From a virus (lineage: Duplodnaviria; Heunggongvirae; Uroviricota; Caudoviricetes): a DNA stretch of 64,000 nt. Below are positions 1 to 9,543 of this stretch, piece by piece. The translations under genes were made by a program, and so were the position numbers. The notes below the pieces were generated by a model. It worked only from the letters and a program-made list of their open reading frames with translations, did no database searches and was not told the DNA's origin. The stretch is taken from the IMG/VR virus record IMGVR_UViG_3300032280_000361. One strand, given 5' to 3'. Numbering within the stretch: position 1 is the first letter of the stretch; every line of letters starts with the position of its first letter.

Positions 1-297
1 ATCATTTGCTCCATACTTTTGTTTAGAGCAAGTTGGATTTTTACAATTATCCTTTTCCCTTAAAAATTCTCTAGCTGATTGAAATGCTTCGTGGTTCTTT
101 CCTGTTTTTAAAACAAACCCCTCTTTCTGTTCGTATCGGTATGTATCATCTTCCCATACTTCACCAACTTCTCTTTTAATATTAGGATTAGATTTCTCAT
201 ATCCAAATGCTCTGTTTGGGTCTTCCCCTCTAAACACAAAATCCACCAATTCTCGGCGGGTTTTATGCATTAAATTCTTCTTAAATTCTTTAGCCAT
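1..297 (-). CDS. Hypothetical phage protein, 3'-truncated by the window edge
   Basis: Hand translation from ATG at 297 is open to base 1: MAKEFKKNLMHKTRRELVDF...KREVGEVWEDD...DNCKNPTCSKQKYGAND; Cys pair may bind metal. Confidence 0.75.
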   Translation of the reverse strand, partial: MAKEFKKNLMHKTRRELVDFVFRGEDPNRAFGYEKSNPNIKREVGEVWEDDTYRYEQKEGFVLKTGKNHEAFQSAREFLREKDNCKNPTCSKQKYGAND

Positions 298-339
298 ATA
301 ACCTATTTTGTATATCTATATATATTATGGAAAATAAGA

Positions 340-1164
340 TTAAGGTAATTTTACAACCTCAATCTTAATCTTAGGAGTATAACCGTCTGGTAGGTTAACT
401 TTAACTCCTTCAAATGATTCTACTTTGCTTTCAAAGTAATTTATCTGTAATATTCTATCGGTAAGATTCATCACCGTTTGAGAAGATGTCCACATTTCAT
501 CGCTTTGTCTTCTCATATTCAATTGTGAATCTGTTTTAAAAAATTCTTTTCTCATTGCCGCAGCTATCTCTGTCCAATCACTTACCTTATCTACTGATTT
601 TTCAGCGGTTGTTTTTCTCATCTTAGAAGATAGATATTTAATTCCATTTGTATATCCTGCATCTGTAAATACGTGTCCATGATTAGTTCTAACTACAGGA
701 CTTTCAGTATTCTGTAATTTAACATCGGGTTTATGCTTTGATGTAGTTTCAATACTAACCATATGTTTAGGAGATGATACAAATGTATGACCTTTTAAAG
801 ATAATGAACTCTTACCCTTATATGTAAGTGCTGCTTTGATTGCGGCCTTAAGAGTAGGTTGTTTGATGATGTTTCTCATCTTATCACCATCAGGACCAGG
901 TTTACCAATCTTCTTAACCAATTTCTTTTCAGCTTCATCGTGCCCAACTAATAAAGCAGAATTGATAACACCGATACCATTTGCATTCATACCCTCACTC
1001 CAATCGGTGATTATATCATGTAAATAAGCAACTTCCACTCCATCTATAATGGTGTGAACTATTTCTAATTTAGGTTTATATGCTCTATCTCTATTTTTTG
1101 CTAGGATAAATTTATCATTAACCTCCTTAGATACGATAATACACTCTGTTACTGGTTTGCTCAT
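340..1164 (-). CDS. Ntn-hydrolase superfamily protein (C45/AAT- or NRDE-like), Cys nucleophile
   Basis: N-terminal C-I-I-V...AKNRDR, WSEGMNANG and VRTNH motifs typical of Cys Ntn hydrolases; Cys8 follows MSKPVTE. Confidence 0.75.
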   Translation of the reverse strand: MSKPVTECIIVSKEVNDKFILAKNRDRAYKPKLEIVHTIIDGVEVAYLHDIITDWSEGMNANGIGVINSALLVGHDEAEKKLVKKIGKPGPDGDKMRNIIKQPTLKAAIKAALTYKGKSSLSLKGHTFVSSPKHMVSIETTSKHKPDVKLQNTESPVVRTNHGHVFTDAGYTNGIKYLSSKMRKTTAEKSVDKVSDWTEIAAAMRKEFFKTDSQLNMRRQSDEMWTSSQTVMNLTDRILQINYFESKVESFEGVKVNLPDGYTPKIKIEVVKLP

Positions 1165-1181
1165 TAGGGAATAATATAGTA

Positions 1182-1188
1182 ATAAATA
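1182..1188 (-). promoter_or_regulatory. Candidate late promoter motif TATTTAT
   Basis: 17 nt upstream of the Ntn hydrolase ATG. Confidence 0.5.
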
Positions 1189-1194
1189 TTAGAA

Positions 1195-1710
1195 TTAAAC
1201 AAATAGATTATGTCTATCAAAGTTATTTTCCAAAACATTTTTCATAGAACCGGCTTCCCATTTCATATCCAATAGATACGCAACTCTAATAGTATCTCCG
1301 GTATTAATAACATTATGTTCTATTCTCTGTGAATCAAACCAATGTATCTTACCATCTTCAAATTTAGTACTATACTCTACATCATCTATTTTGAACCAAT
1401 TTATACATTTCTCATTTGAAATAATAGGGAGTATAAATCTTCTATATTCATGTCCGCCATCTTTATGCCAATTTAATTTCCCAGATGAATGTGTAAAAAA
1501 TAAAAATATATTATCAATTTCCATTCCTTCAAATGCAGGAAGTACTAATTCGTTGAATGTTTTTAATTTAGGAAGTTGATATATCTTATCTAAATTATGC
1601 ATTGAAACATTTGGTGTTTCAATAGAAATTGAGCTGGTATCATACTCAGCTTTTATTTCTTTTAATAATAACTCCGAATCAAACTTTATTTTTGAAGTGT
1701 ATAATTCCAT
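1195..1710 (-). CDS. 2OG-Fe(II) oxygenase, aspartyl/asparaginyl beta-hydroxylase-like
   Basis: HxD (WHKDG), RFILPI, FDSQRIEHNVINTGDTIRV (distal His and 2OG-binding Arg). Confidence 0.75.
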   Translation of the reverse strand: MELYTSKIKFDSELLLKEIKAEYDTSSISIETPNVSMHNLDKIYQLPKLKTFNELVLPAFEGMEIDNIFLFFTHSSGKLNWHKDGGHEYRRFILPIISNEKCINWFKIDDVEYSTKFEDGKIHWFDSQRIEHNVINTGDTIRVAYLLDMKWEAGSMKNVLENNFDRHNLFV

Positions 1711-4700
1711 TATCTACTAAATGTGAATATTCCTAAGATTTGATTCAATGGTGCAAATGCTCCTGTTAATTTATATGTTGCTCCCTTATAAGAGAATACA
1801 ATACCTTCATTCGGTACAATCTTTTCAAACCCACCTAACGCATTTAACCTAGTCAATTCTATTTCTAATTTAGCTAAGTTTTTCGCATCACCGGTTGCTC
1901 TAATAGATGATATAGCAGTTTCTAATCTACCCACCATCTGTTGTTTAGCCGCTTCTGGATTTGCAGTTAAAACCGATGTCATAAATGAAAGTACATCTGC
2001 TCCAACTCCTAAAAATATCTCTTCAAACTTAAGAAGGTTATCCTTTGTTATTTTAGCCTGGTCTTTCTTATCGGTTTGGTCTGCCCACGCTTTTAATTTA
2101 GCATCTTTAATATCAGCTAAACGGAAACTCTTATCACCAAATGCCCATCTCTTAACTAATCCTATCTTTTGTTGTTCATCTAATGAAGATGCATTCTTAT
2201 CTACAAATTGTCTCCACCAAGCTTGATGGTAATCTGCCACTCCATTCTTATCGTTTAATCCAAACTCAGATTGTAGTTTAGCAATCATTCCTAAATAAAC
2301 TGATTGCTTAGCTTTCAAATCTTTGTTAACAGGTAATTTTTGAATTGGGGGCCCTTGTATTGTAAACTTAGATTGAACATCTGCGTTTATCTTTTTAACC
2401 ATTGCCGCCAACTTAGCACCTGCTGCAGGATTTTCTCCTACTGCATCTCCACTTTCATTGTATTCCATTGTTCCATGAAATACTAATAACGATGTACCAT
2501 ATGGAACTACGTTTGTATTCTCTGGATAAATGATTTCACAATTCATAAAACATTTACCATCTTTGAATATATCTTTTTTATCTTTATCGGATAATCCTTT
2601 TACCGCTGATTCCAAATCTTTAATTGCAAAACTAAATGCATCGGATACAGAACCTCTACCAGCAAACTTACTGATTACATCCTGAACTCCCATTGCATCT
2701 TTACCTTTACTCTTTAGATGTGATTTGTTTCTCGCTGCTACTAATCTTCCGTTGACCCAACTAATAGCCAATGCCTGCCCATCTGTTTTCTCTCTCGCTA
2801 ATTCTAACTTACCACTCAATGCTTTCTTAACAATATTTTTTAAATCACCAAATGTAAGATTCATCTGTACATCAAATGGATGGTTCATGTGACCGTATGC
2901 GCCACCTTCTAATAATAAAGATTCGTTTATTGATTCGTTTGTAGATTCGTATTTTTTATTCCATACATATTGGAATAACTCACCCCATATAGGTCCATCA
3001 ATTTTACCATTCCACTCGTAATTATATATGGGTTTACTATTAAGTGATTTGCCAGTTTTATTAAGAGCGGTTCTACCCAATCCTTTTACATTAGTAGATT
3101 TTGGTTTTACTAATTTCTTACCACCCCAATTTTTTTCGAGTCCTTTATCCTCTTTGTAGTGTAAAAATATCTGATAACCCCTATTGACGTCTTTAACCTT
3201 ATCCACAATTCTCTGCATTAAATCTTCTACCTTTGGATATTTCTTTAAGAATGTTTCAACTCTATTTGGTTCTATATATCTAGCAACTACTTCGGTTGTG
3301 AATACAGGAGTTGCAGATTTGAAATCCGCTTTTCTCATCACCGTTTTAGCAATCAATTTATTAGCCACTTTGATAAATGCTATATTGATTTTAGAACGAT
3401 TATCCGTTACAACAAACTCTCTATATTTTTGTAAGAATTCTAAGAATTTCTTTTTATTTTTTGCTAATCTTTTAAAGAACCCAGTTAATTCAGCAGGGGA
3501 TATTTCCTTACCATTTCTAGGGTCGTTTAACCTTTGAAAGAAATGGTCGGTTTCTTTTCCTAACTCTACATCTTCTGGACTCATCTGAGAGTCTGCATAT
3601 TTCTCCACAGCATCCATATCAGCTTTCGCCATTTCGAATGCTTTGTGTTTAATCTTATACCATCCACCACCTGGAGTTCTGAATATTCTTGCAGGGATTT
3701 TAAATGTAGAACCTATTGGTAATTTACTCTGATATTGTTTATCTATATGAATTACCTTTGTTATAAATTCTTTTGTTTGGTTATCTGCTCCGAATAACTC
3801 TACTTCTATTTTTACAGGTGTTCCTCCGATTTTAATAGTTCCACCATATAATCCTTTTGTAGGCCCTTCGGTTATATTCTCTATCGTTGAGAGTTTATCA
3901 TAATATTTTGGGTCTTCATACAAATGGTCAAACGCTATTTCCTTCGCTATATTAACATCAGTAGTGTGTTCCATTTCAACTTTCATTCCTTTTTTAAGGT
4001 CTTTTACAATAGTATCAACACTTATATTATGTTTTTTTGCAATATCATTAAGTGTCATTCCTTTCGCTAATCCTCCTGGAATTGTACCTTCCCAAAATCT
4101 TTTTATCTTTTTAACTTTCTTCCCCGCATCCACTTCTTCCCAATCTTCAACTTTATGAGGTTGAATTGCAGGGTCTAAATCCGTTCCTTTAATATTCTGA
4201 ACCTTATAGTATAATTTTCTGAATTGTGATTCTTTATCTTTATATCTACCAACTCCTCTCATCGCATCAGCTCTAGGTTTGTCGATTTGTTTCATTCCTA
4301 ACTGCTTTAGCCACGGCTCAGGTTTACCTCTATCTATAATTCTTAGAGTTCCATCTGGAGTATATCCTGATTCAGGCTCACCATCTGATTCGATTCCGTT
4401 ACTACTGGCTATTTCAGATAATACATCCTCCGATAATTTACCCAATTTAAGAGTAATTAGTTTGAATATCTTTTCATCAAATTTAGGATACGCTTTTAGG
4501 AAATCCTTTTTAGATTGCTCATCTCCTGCTTTTAACCAATTTCTAACCTCAGTTCCACTAATTGGGTTTGATTGAGATGGTGATGCATACACATAACCTT
4601 TATCTCTGTATCCCATTTCTACCTTACCTTTATATGGAGTAAAGTACTTACCACTTAATCTCATTTCATCCTTTTCACCAACTACTGTAATAAACCCAGT

Positions 4701-5018
4701 TGTTTCTTCCGGATAATTAGCCAATACCTCCATCGGTGCGTATGGGTTTCTAACCTCTACTATTTTATTAGAAGGAATACCAAACATCTTCTGCATAATC
4801 ATCTTTTTCTCCCTGAAATTGAATGGAGATTTTTGATTATCAGTTTTATTAGATGTTGCAACGTACACACTATCCTTACCAAATTTCTTTATAAGATTCT
4901 CATAGGTTGCAAAGTGTCCCTTATGAAAAGGTTGAAATCTTCCGGAATATACCACTATGGTCTTCTCTATACCTTCCAAAAGAATCCCGTCCACTAAAAA
5001 TTGAGTTAAACTATTCAT
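1710..5018 (-). CDS. Multidomain protein: HIGH nucleotidyltransferase + DUF5661-like + RelE/PBECR-like + ATP-dependent ligase-like domain; putative virion polyprotein
   Basis: GRFQPFHKGH; KGMKVEMEHT..DHLYEDPKYY; HFFQRLNDPRN..IAKTVMRK; EKTDG/CEII/EGIVF/YKLTG ligase motifs. Start set at MNSLTQF (5018) because a TATTTAT motif lies at 5026-5032; the ORF track gives 5036. Confidence 0.75.
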   Translation of the reverse strand: MNSLTQFLVDGILLEGIEKTIVVYSGRFQPFHKGHFATYENLIKKFGKDSVYVATSNKTDNQKSPFNFREKKMIMQKMFGIPSNKIVEVRNPYAPMEVLANYPEETTGFITVVGEKDEMRLSGKYFTPYKGKVEMGYRDKGYVYASPSQSNPISGTEVRNWLKAGDEQSKKDFLKAYPKFDEKIFKLITLKLGKLSEDVLSEIASSNGIESDGEPESGYTPDGTLRIIDRGKPEPWLKQLGMKQIDKPRADAMRGVGRYKDKESQFRKLYYKVQNIKGTDLDPAIQPHKVEDWEEVDAGKKVKKIKRFWEGTIPGGLAKGMTLNDIAKKHNISVDTIVKDLKKGMKVEMEHTTDVNIAKEIAFDHLYEDPKYYDKLSTIENITEGPTKGLYGGTIKIGGTPVKIEVELFGADNQTKEFITKVIHIDKQYQSKLPIGSTFKIPARIFRTPGGGWYKIKHKAFEMAKADMDAVEKYADSQMSPEDVELGKETDHFFQRLNDPRNGKEISPAELTGFFKRLAKNKKKFLEFLQKYREFVVTDNRSKINIAFIKVANKLIAKTVMRKADFKSATPVFTTEVVARYIEPNRVETFLKKYPKVEDLMQRIVDKVKDVNRGYQIFLHYKEDKGLEKNWGGKKLVKPKSTNVKGLGRTALNKTGKSLNSKPIYNYEWNGKIDGPIWGELFQYVWNKKYESTNESINESLLLEGGAYGHMNHPFDVQMNLTFGDLKNIVKKALSGKLELAREKTDGQALAISWVNGRLVAARNKSHLKSKGKDAMGVQDVISKFAGRGSVSDAFSFAIKDLESAVKGLSDKDKKDIFKDGKCFMNCEIIYPENTNVVPYGTSLLVFHGTMEYNESGDAVGENPAAGAKLAAMVKKINADVQSKFTIQGPPIQKLPVNKDLKAKQSVYLGMIAKLQSEFGLNDKNGVADYHQAWWRQFVDKNASSLDEQQKIGLVKRWAFGDKSFRLADIKDAKLKAWADQTDKKDQAKITKDNLLKFEEIFLGVGADVLSFMTSVLTANPEAAKQQMVGRLETAISSIRATGDAKNLAKLEIELTRLNALGGFEKIVPNEGIVFSYKGATYKLTGAFAPLNQILGIFTFSR

Positions 5019-5025
5019 ATCTCTA

Positions 5026-5032
5026 ATAAATA
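5026..5032 (-). promoter_or_regulatory. Candidate late promoter motif TATTTAT
   Basis: 7 nt upstream of the ATG at 5018. Confidence 0.5.
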
Positions 5033-5863
5033 TCAAAAAGTATCGTATTTATCTTTTATGTAACCATGCAATAATTCCGCAAATTTCATATGAGCAAAAT
5101 AACCAGGATGTAAATCCATAGTAAGTAAGTTGGTATCCTCCGCTATAGTAGTTTTGGTATCAACGGAAAATTGGTGAAAATCTGTATAAAGTTTCTTTCC
5201 TTCCTGTAATTTTAACATATTATTCTTTTTGAATATGGAATCTATACCTATGTTAAATTCTCCCTCAAAAAAAATGAATTTTATATTATTGAACTTAAGA
5301 AATGTTAGGAATGTATCCAATTCTCTTTGTATCTTTGTAAACTCCGTTTTTCTACTGTAGAAATTTTCTAAATAAACCTTAAGATTCTTAACCCCAATTG
5401 TGTCAAAATCCTTATAAGTTTCCTTTGTTGAGTATTTTCTAGTTGCAAAAATGTGGTTACATATCTCATCATTATAATCATTTGAGTTATATTGTATATT
5501 AAATATAATATAATCATTGAGTTTTTTAGAAAATAAATCTAATCTAGCCAATGATGGTAATTCTAATATAAGAAATAACTCATCTCTCTGCTTCCAATTA
5601 TTTTTCACAAAATCATAAGCCATTCGGATACTTCTTCCTGTTCCCCCACCACTTGCAGAATCATTTACAACCTCACACCCAATTATATTAGCTAACCTAT
5701 GCGAATAAGTTACTTCTTCTTGAGTATCCCACCATACATTATATCTATCTTTATAATAATCTCTAACAAAGGTTACATTATCACTCAGAGTAGTAATTAA
5801 CTCTAATCCTCCTCCCGCACTATGAGATGAACCATTACAATAAATTAGCTTTATATTCTTCAC
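5033..5863 (-). CDS. SGNH/GDSL-hydrolase-like protein
   Basis: Block I YCNGSSHSAG, block II NDSASGGG, C-terminal DLHP. Confidence 0.65.
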   Translation of the reverse strand: MKNIKLIYCNGSSHSAGGGLELITTLSDNVTFVRDYYKDRYNVWWDTQEEVTYSHRLANIIGCEVVNDSASGGGTGRSIRMAYDFVKNNWKQRDELFLILELPSLARLDLFSKKLNDYIIFNIQYNSNDYNDEICNHIFATRKYSTKETYKDFDTIGVKNLKVYLENFYSRKTEFTKIQRELDTFLTFLKFNNIKFIFFEGEFNIGIDSIFKKNNMLKLQEGKKLYTDFHQFSVDTKTTIAEDTNLLTMDLHPGYFAHMKFAELLHGYIKDKYDTF

Positions 5864-7169
5864 CTAAAATCTCTTTACATAAATTAACTTCTGCCATTTC
5901 ATAATCGAAAGTAAGAAGCTTCATTTGGTTATATAATAAAATATTCTCTATCTCTTTAATTTGTATCTTTAAATCCTCTATAGGTATATTACAAATTCTA
6001 TTGATTTCATTGTTTACCATAGATAATCTTTTCATATCATCCAACTCAGTATCATAACTCTCATCTATAAATCCATCAAATGTTTTGAATCCCATATCTC
6101 TAACCGCTTTTAAATATAGTGGAGGTGCAGCTATTAAGAATGGTTGTAGATACATTATTGGTTTAAATATTTTTTCCGATATGAATCCCTGTTGTTTAAA
6201 AAATATAGTATCACTAATCAAACTTATAAATGATTTTTTATAAACTGATGTATCCTCATAACCATATCCACTTATCTTAAGAGTTGTATCAAAATCTACT
6301 CTATGTTCTGGTAGAGTTAACACATATTGATAATCCTCCCATAATCCTAATTCTTTTATTTGGTTCTCATAATCAAATCTATGCTCTCCTAAACTTTCAT
6401 AAAACTTTGGATTAAATGAAATTAAGAATTTAGATTGTAAATCATTCTTAAACACATTTGTTATAATGTTTATACGATGATGGTGTAACCATTGATTAAA
6501 ACTTAAGAAATGAAATTCTTTTTGTGAGTAATTTAATAGTTCTGGAATATAGTTATCTTTCAAATTACTTTGAAAGTATTTTGCACTTCTGTTTAGATAA
6601 TAATTAAATGGAATGAAACTTATATTCTTAGATGCTATATTAGAGAAATCATTTAGATAATCGTTGTATATAAAAATAACCTTTTTATATTTTAATTTTT
6701 TTAATATCTCTAATATAAAAAATTCATTTAAATGCCCCTCATGTGAATAATTGATTAGGATAGTTGCATTTATCTTTTTTATTTTTTCAAACAATCCGTA
6801 ACTTACTCCCTCATAATTATTCTTAAAGAAATTGATATGACCAAACGGTTCTAATATATAAAAAAACTTCTGCCCTTTATCTTTATATTCATCCCACTTT
6901 TTTATCACATCATCTATATGGTGAGTTTTCATTTTAACATCGTATTTCTGATTATACTCATTCAATGTTAAAATCTGAAACCCCATATTATTACCCATTA
7001 CGGTAATATCATTTGAAAATTTAGAGAATAGATGTTTTACCAAATGTCCACCATCGGTAGATTTGTTTTCGATTATCCACCTCATCGCAGCATCCAATAC
7101 TTCAGGTGGTTGCCCGTTTGGTAGACATAAATCTTTTATCTTATTATCATATACAAAATTAAGATGCAT
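5835..7169 (-). CDS. Putative GT-B glycosyltransferase, GT10 (fucosyltransferase)-like; paralog 1
   Basis: C-terminal SLISDT..FISEKIFKPI..PFL..GFKTF..IDESYD shared with 10453-11673 and 11657-12925; start likely MHLNFVYD (7169), track gives 7190. Confidence 0.55.
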   Translation of the reverse strand: MHLNFVYDNKIKDLCLPNGQPPEVLDAAMRWIIENKSTDGGHLVKHLFSKFSNDITVMGNNMGFQILTLNEYNQKYDVKMKTHHIDDVIKKWDEYKDKGQKFFYILEPFGHINFFKNNYEGVSYGLFEKIKKINATILINYSHEGHLNEFFILEILKKLKYKKVIFIYNDYLNDFSNIASKNISFIPFNYYLNRSAKYFQSNLKDNYIPELLNYSQKEFHFLSFNQWLHHHRINIITNVFKNDLQSKFLISFNPKFYESLGEHRFDYENQIKELGLWEDYQYVLTLPEHRVDFDTTLKISGYGYEDTSVYKKSFISLISDTIFFKQQGFISEKIFKPIMYLQPFLIAAPPLYLKAVRDMGFKTFDGFIDESYDTELDDMKRLSMVNNEINRICNIPIEDLKIQIKEIENILLYNQMKLLTFDYEMAEVNLCKEILGEEYKANLL

Positions 7170-7701
7170 AGTATAGTTCAGGATATTCAACTAAACAATG
7201 TATTCCTACATTATCCATAGCATATTTGTAACCCAACTCTATATCTTGCCACGATTTTAAATCGTGAAATTCTATATTCTTACATAGAGATTTAAATTCA
7301 TCTAAGTAGTTTCCTTTATGCTGGTGTCCAGGGTCTAATGGTTTATCGGAGCCTTTACCTAAACGGATTAAGATGTGAGGTTTAATTCCTGTCATCATTT
7401 CATATTTATCCAAATGATTAACCAACTGATTAGTCGCTGATATAATGAAATCCCAACGAGGGTAGAATGTAACTACACATTTTCCTGCCATAGCCAATCC
7501 TAAACTCATTCCCATTTGAGTTTCTTCCATTACAGGCAATTCAATCATTAAACTTTTATCCACATTATCTAATGTAGTACTCATAGGATTTCCTCTATAG
7601 ATAATCTGTTGTCCGATAAAAACAATATTATCTTTTTTGGCAAGTTCCTCCATCGATTTACTTAACGTATCTTTATATGGGGTATATTCAGGTTGACTCA
7701 T
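7159..7701 (-). CDS. ThDP-dependent enzyme, E1-beta/transketolase pyrimidine-binding domain only
   Basis: IGQQI, ELPVMEETQMGMSLGLAMAG, DFIISATNQLVNH; ATG at 7701 overlaps upstream TGA (ATGA), so the track's 7770 start is unlikely. Confidence 0.8.
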   Translation of the reverse strand: MSQPEYTPYKDTLSKSMEELAKKDNIVFIGQQIIYRGNPMSTTLDNVDKSLMIELPVMEETQMGMSLGLAMAGKCVVTFYPRWDFIISATNQLVNHLDKYEMMTGIKPHILIRLGKGSDKPLDPGHQHKGNYLDEFKSLCKNIEFHDLKSWQDIELGYKYAMDNVGIHCLVEYPELYYAS

Positions 7702-8603
7702 TTTATATATTTTACCAATTCTTCGTTTACAAATTTCTTGTTTAAGATTGATGATGGATGACCATACCAATCAAAGTTTCCATCTAAGTTTTCACTAAAT
7801 AGAACTTTTTTTAACCCATCATAATTATCCACATTTTTTTGGTTTCGAACTGCATATTCATACAATCCTCCTTTTTTCAATCCTTCCTCTTCATAAAACC
7901 AAAATCTATGGAATGGGAGCTTACTCAAATATATGGAAAAATATTGAGAATTCCTAATAAAATAATCCATATTTTCATTCTTAAATATCTTACCCTCATA
8001 TACATCCGTTGTTCTAAACTCCGGCTCATAGAATATATCCTTAAGTGTAAAGTATGTATAATCTATTCGTTCTTTTTCTAAATAGTTTGAAAGGTCTATT
8101 ATAGTTTCCACTAATGAATATGAATGATTTTGGCTTAACATTTGATGATGAGTTTTTAATATCCCATCTATCCCAATATACTTTGAGTTATTGGTTTCAT
8201 AATATCCGCCTGTTAAATACCAAAACTCATCTTTGTAATTCTTAGGTGTAGGTAGATAGTTCACTGTGTGAGAACCTACTTCCAATTCACCTTTGTAATC
8301 CTTTATTAAGAATGAATCTCTATAAGGTTGAGTCCATTGTGCAAATACTTTATCAACTATTCCACCATTTTCTCTGATGTATTCTACCCAATAAGTAATA
8401 CTCCTTTTAATGGTGTTATTGTCGTTCGTAGGGTTACCCAAATTTAAGACGATGTATTCATCTCCTAACATATTTTGCAACCATTCTGGCCACTGCAAAC
8501 CCTCTACATTGTAAAGGTCTTTTGTCATATGGTTTAACGGTCGCAGGTTAGTAAATGAACACCCACCACAAAGGATATATTTCTTATTTTTTGAGATATT
8601 CAC
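7698..8603 (-). CDS. SGNH/GDSL-hydrolase-like protein
   Basis: LCGGCSFT block I, NLGNPTNDN, C-terminal YGHPS. Confidence 0.6.
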   Translation of the reverse strand: MNISKNKKYILCGGCSFTNLRPLNHMTKDLYNVEGLQWPEWLQNMLGDEYIVLNLGNPTNDNNTIKRSITYWVEYIRENGGIVDKVFAQWTQPYRDSFLIKDYKGELEVGSHTVNYLPTPKNYKDEFWYLTGGYYETNNSKYIGIDGILKTHHQMLSQNHSYSLVETIIDLSNYLEKERIDYTYFTLKDIFYEPEFRTTDVYEGKIFKNENMDYFIRNSQYFSIYLSKLPFHRFWFYEEEGLKKGGLYEYAVRNQKNVDNYDGLKKVLFSENLDGNFDWYGHPSSILNKKFVNEELVKYIK

Positions 8604-9543
8604 TCTTATACCAATTTATACTTTTTTCTAATCCTTCCTTTATTGAAGTTTTAGCACTCCATCCTAATTTATCAAAAATCTTAAATGAATCAATTAATCT
8701 TTTTGGAATCATAGGTGCTTTGTTATTTACATAATCAATAGGAGATTCCAATCCTTCTATTTCTTTAAGGTACTCTATTACTTCGTTTACCGAATATCCT
8801 GAATTAGAACCTACATTATAAATTTCATGATGTTCTTCTTTCTCCATTATGATTTGTAAAGCCTCACAGAAATCTTCTACATAAAGAAGGTCTCTAATTT
8901 CAGTTCCATCTCCCCATACAGGAATCGGGTCTAATCTTGTTGCAATTTTAATAATAGAAGCAGGTGTAACATGACACTTATCTAAATCATACTTATCATG
9001 CGGTCCATATAGATTTGCAGGTCTAACTATTACAGTCTGCATTGGATTAATTAAAATCTCTGAGTACATCTTACATAATACTTCCGCATATCTCTTCATC
9101 CAACCAACTGGAAAATATGTTTTGTAAATTGATTCGTAGATGTTATCAGTTTCACATACTGCTCTTTCACCACTCTCAGGATAGATTGTAGATGAAGATA
9201 AGAATATAAATTTCTTAACTCCTTCCTTATATGCCTTTTCCATAGTTAAAGCATTGATGATTACGTTTGGAGTAACATGAAGTAATGGTGCATAGATTGT
9301 ATCTACCGCATTTGAAGTAGATGCTGCACAATGGTACACTACATCAACTCCTTTCATAATTTCCTCTACAAACTTATCATCTCTTAAATCACCCTGAACT
9401 GATTCACCGAAGCCTTCTAACTTTCTATTGAATCCATGATTACGAAGGTTGGTATATCCTTCTTTGTATAATCTTTCCGCTAAGTTTCTACCAACGAAAC
9501 CTGTAGCACCTAAAATTAGGATTTTGCTATTTGTGTTTATCAT
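8584..9543 (-). CDS. NAD-dependent epimerase/dehydratase (extended SDR, GDP-fucose-synthase-like)
   Basis: GATGFVG, SSSTIYP, RPANLYGP, VWGDGTEIRDLLYVED. Confidence 0.85.
   Translation of the reverse strand: MINTNSKILILGATGFVGRNLAERLYKEGYTNLRNHGFNRKLEGFGESVQGDLRDDKFVEEIMKGVDVVYHCAASTSNAVDTIYAPLLHVTPNVIINALTMEKAYKEGVKKFIFLSSSTIYPESGERAVCETDNIYESIYKTYFPVGWMKRYAEVLCKMYSEILINPMQTVIVRPANLYGPHDKYDLDKCHVTPASIIKIATRLDPIPVWGDGTEIRDLLYVEDFCEALQIIMEKEEHHEIYNVGSNSGYSVNEVIEYLKEIEGLESPIDYVNNKAPMIPKRLIDSFKIFDKLGWSAKTSIKEGLEKSINWYKSEYLKK

Noticed and set aside
4439-4973. NMN adenylyltransferase of an NAD-reconstitution anti-defence pathway
   Set aside because: GRFQPFHKGH fits NMNAT-like enzymes but is shared across HIGH nucleotidyltransferases; no Nampt or ADPR-PP synthetase partner is visible in the window. 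Substrate left open.
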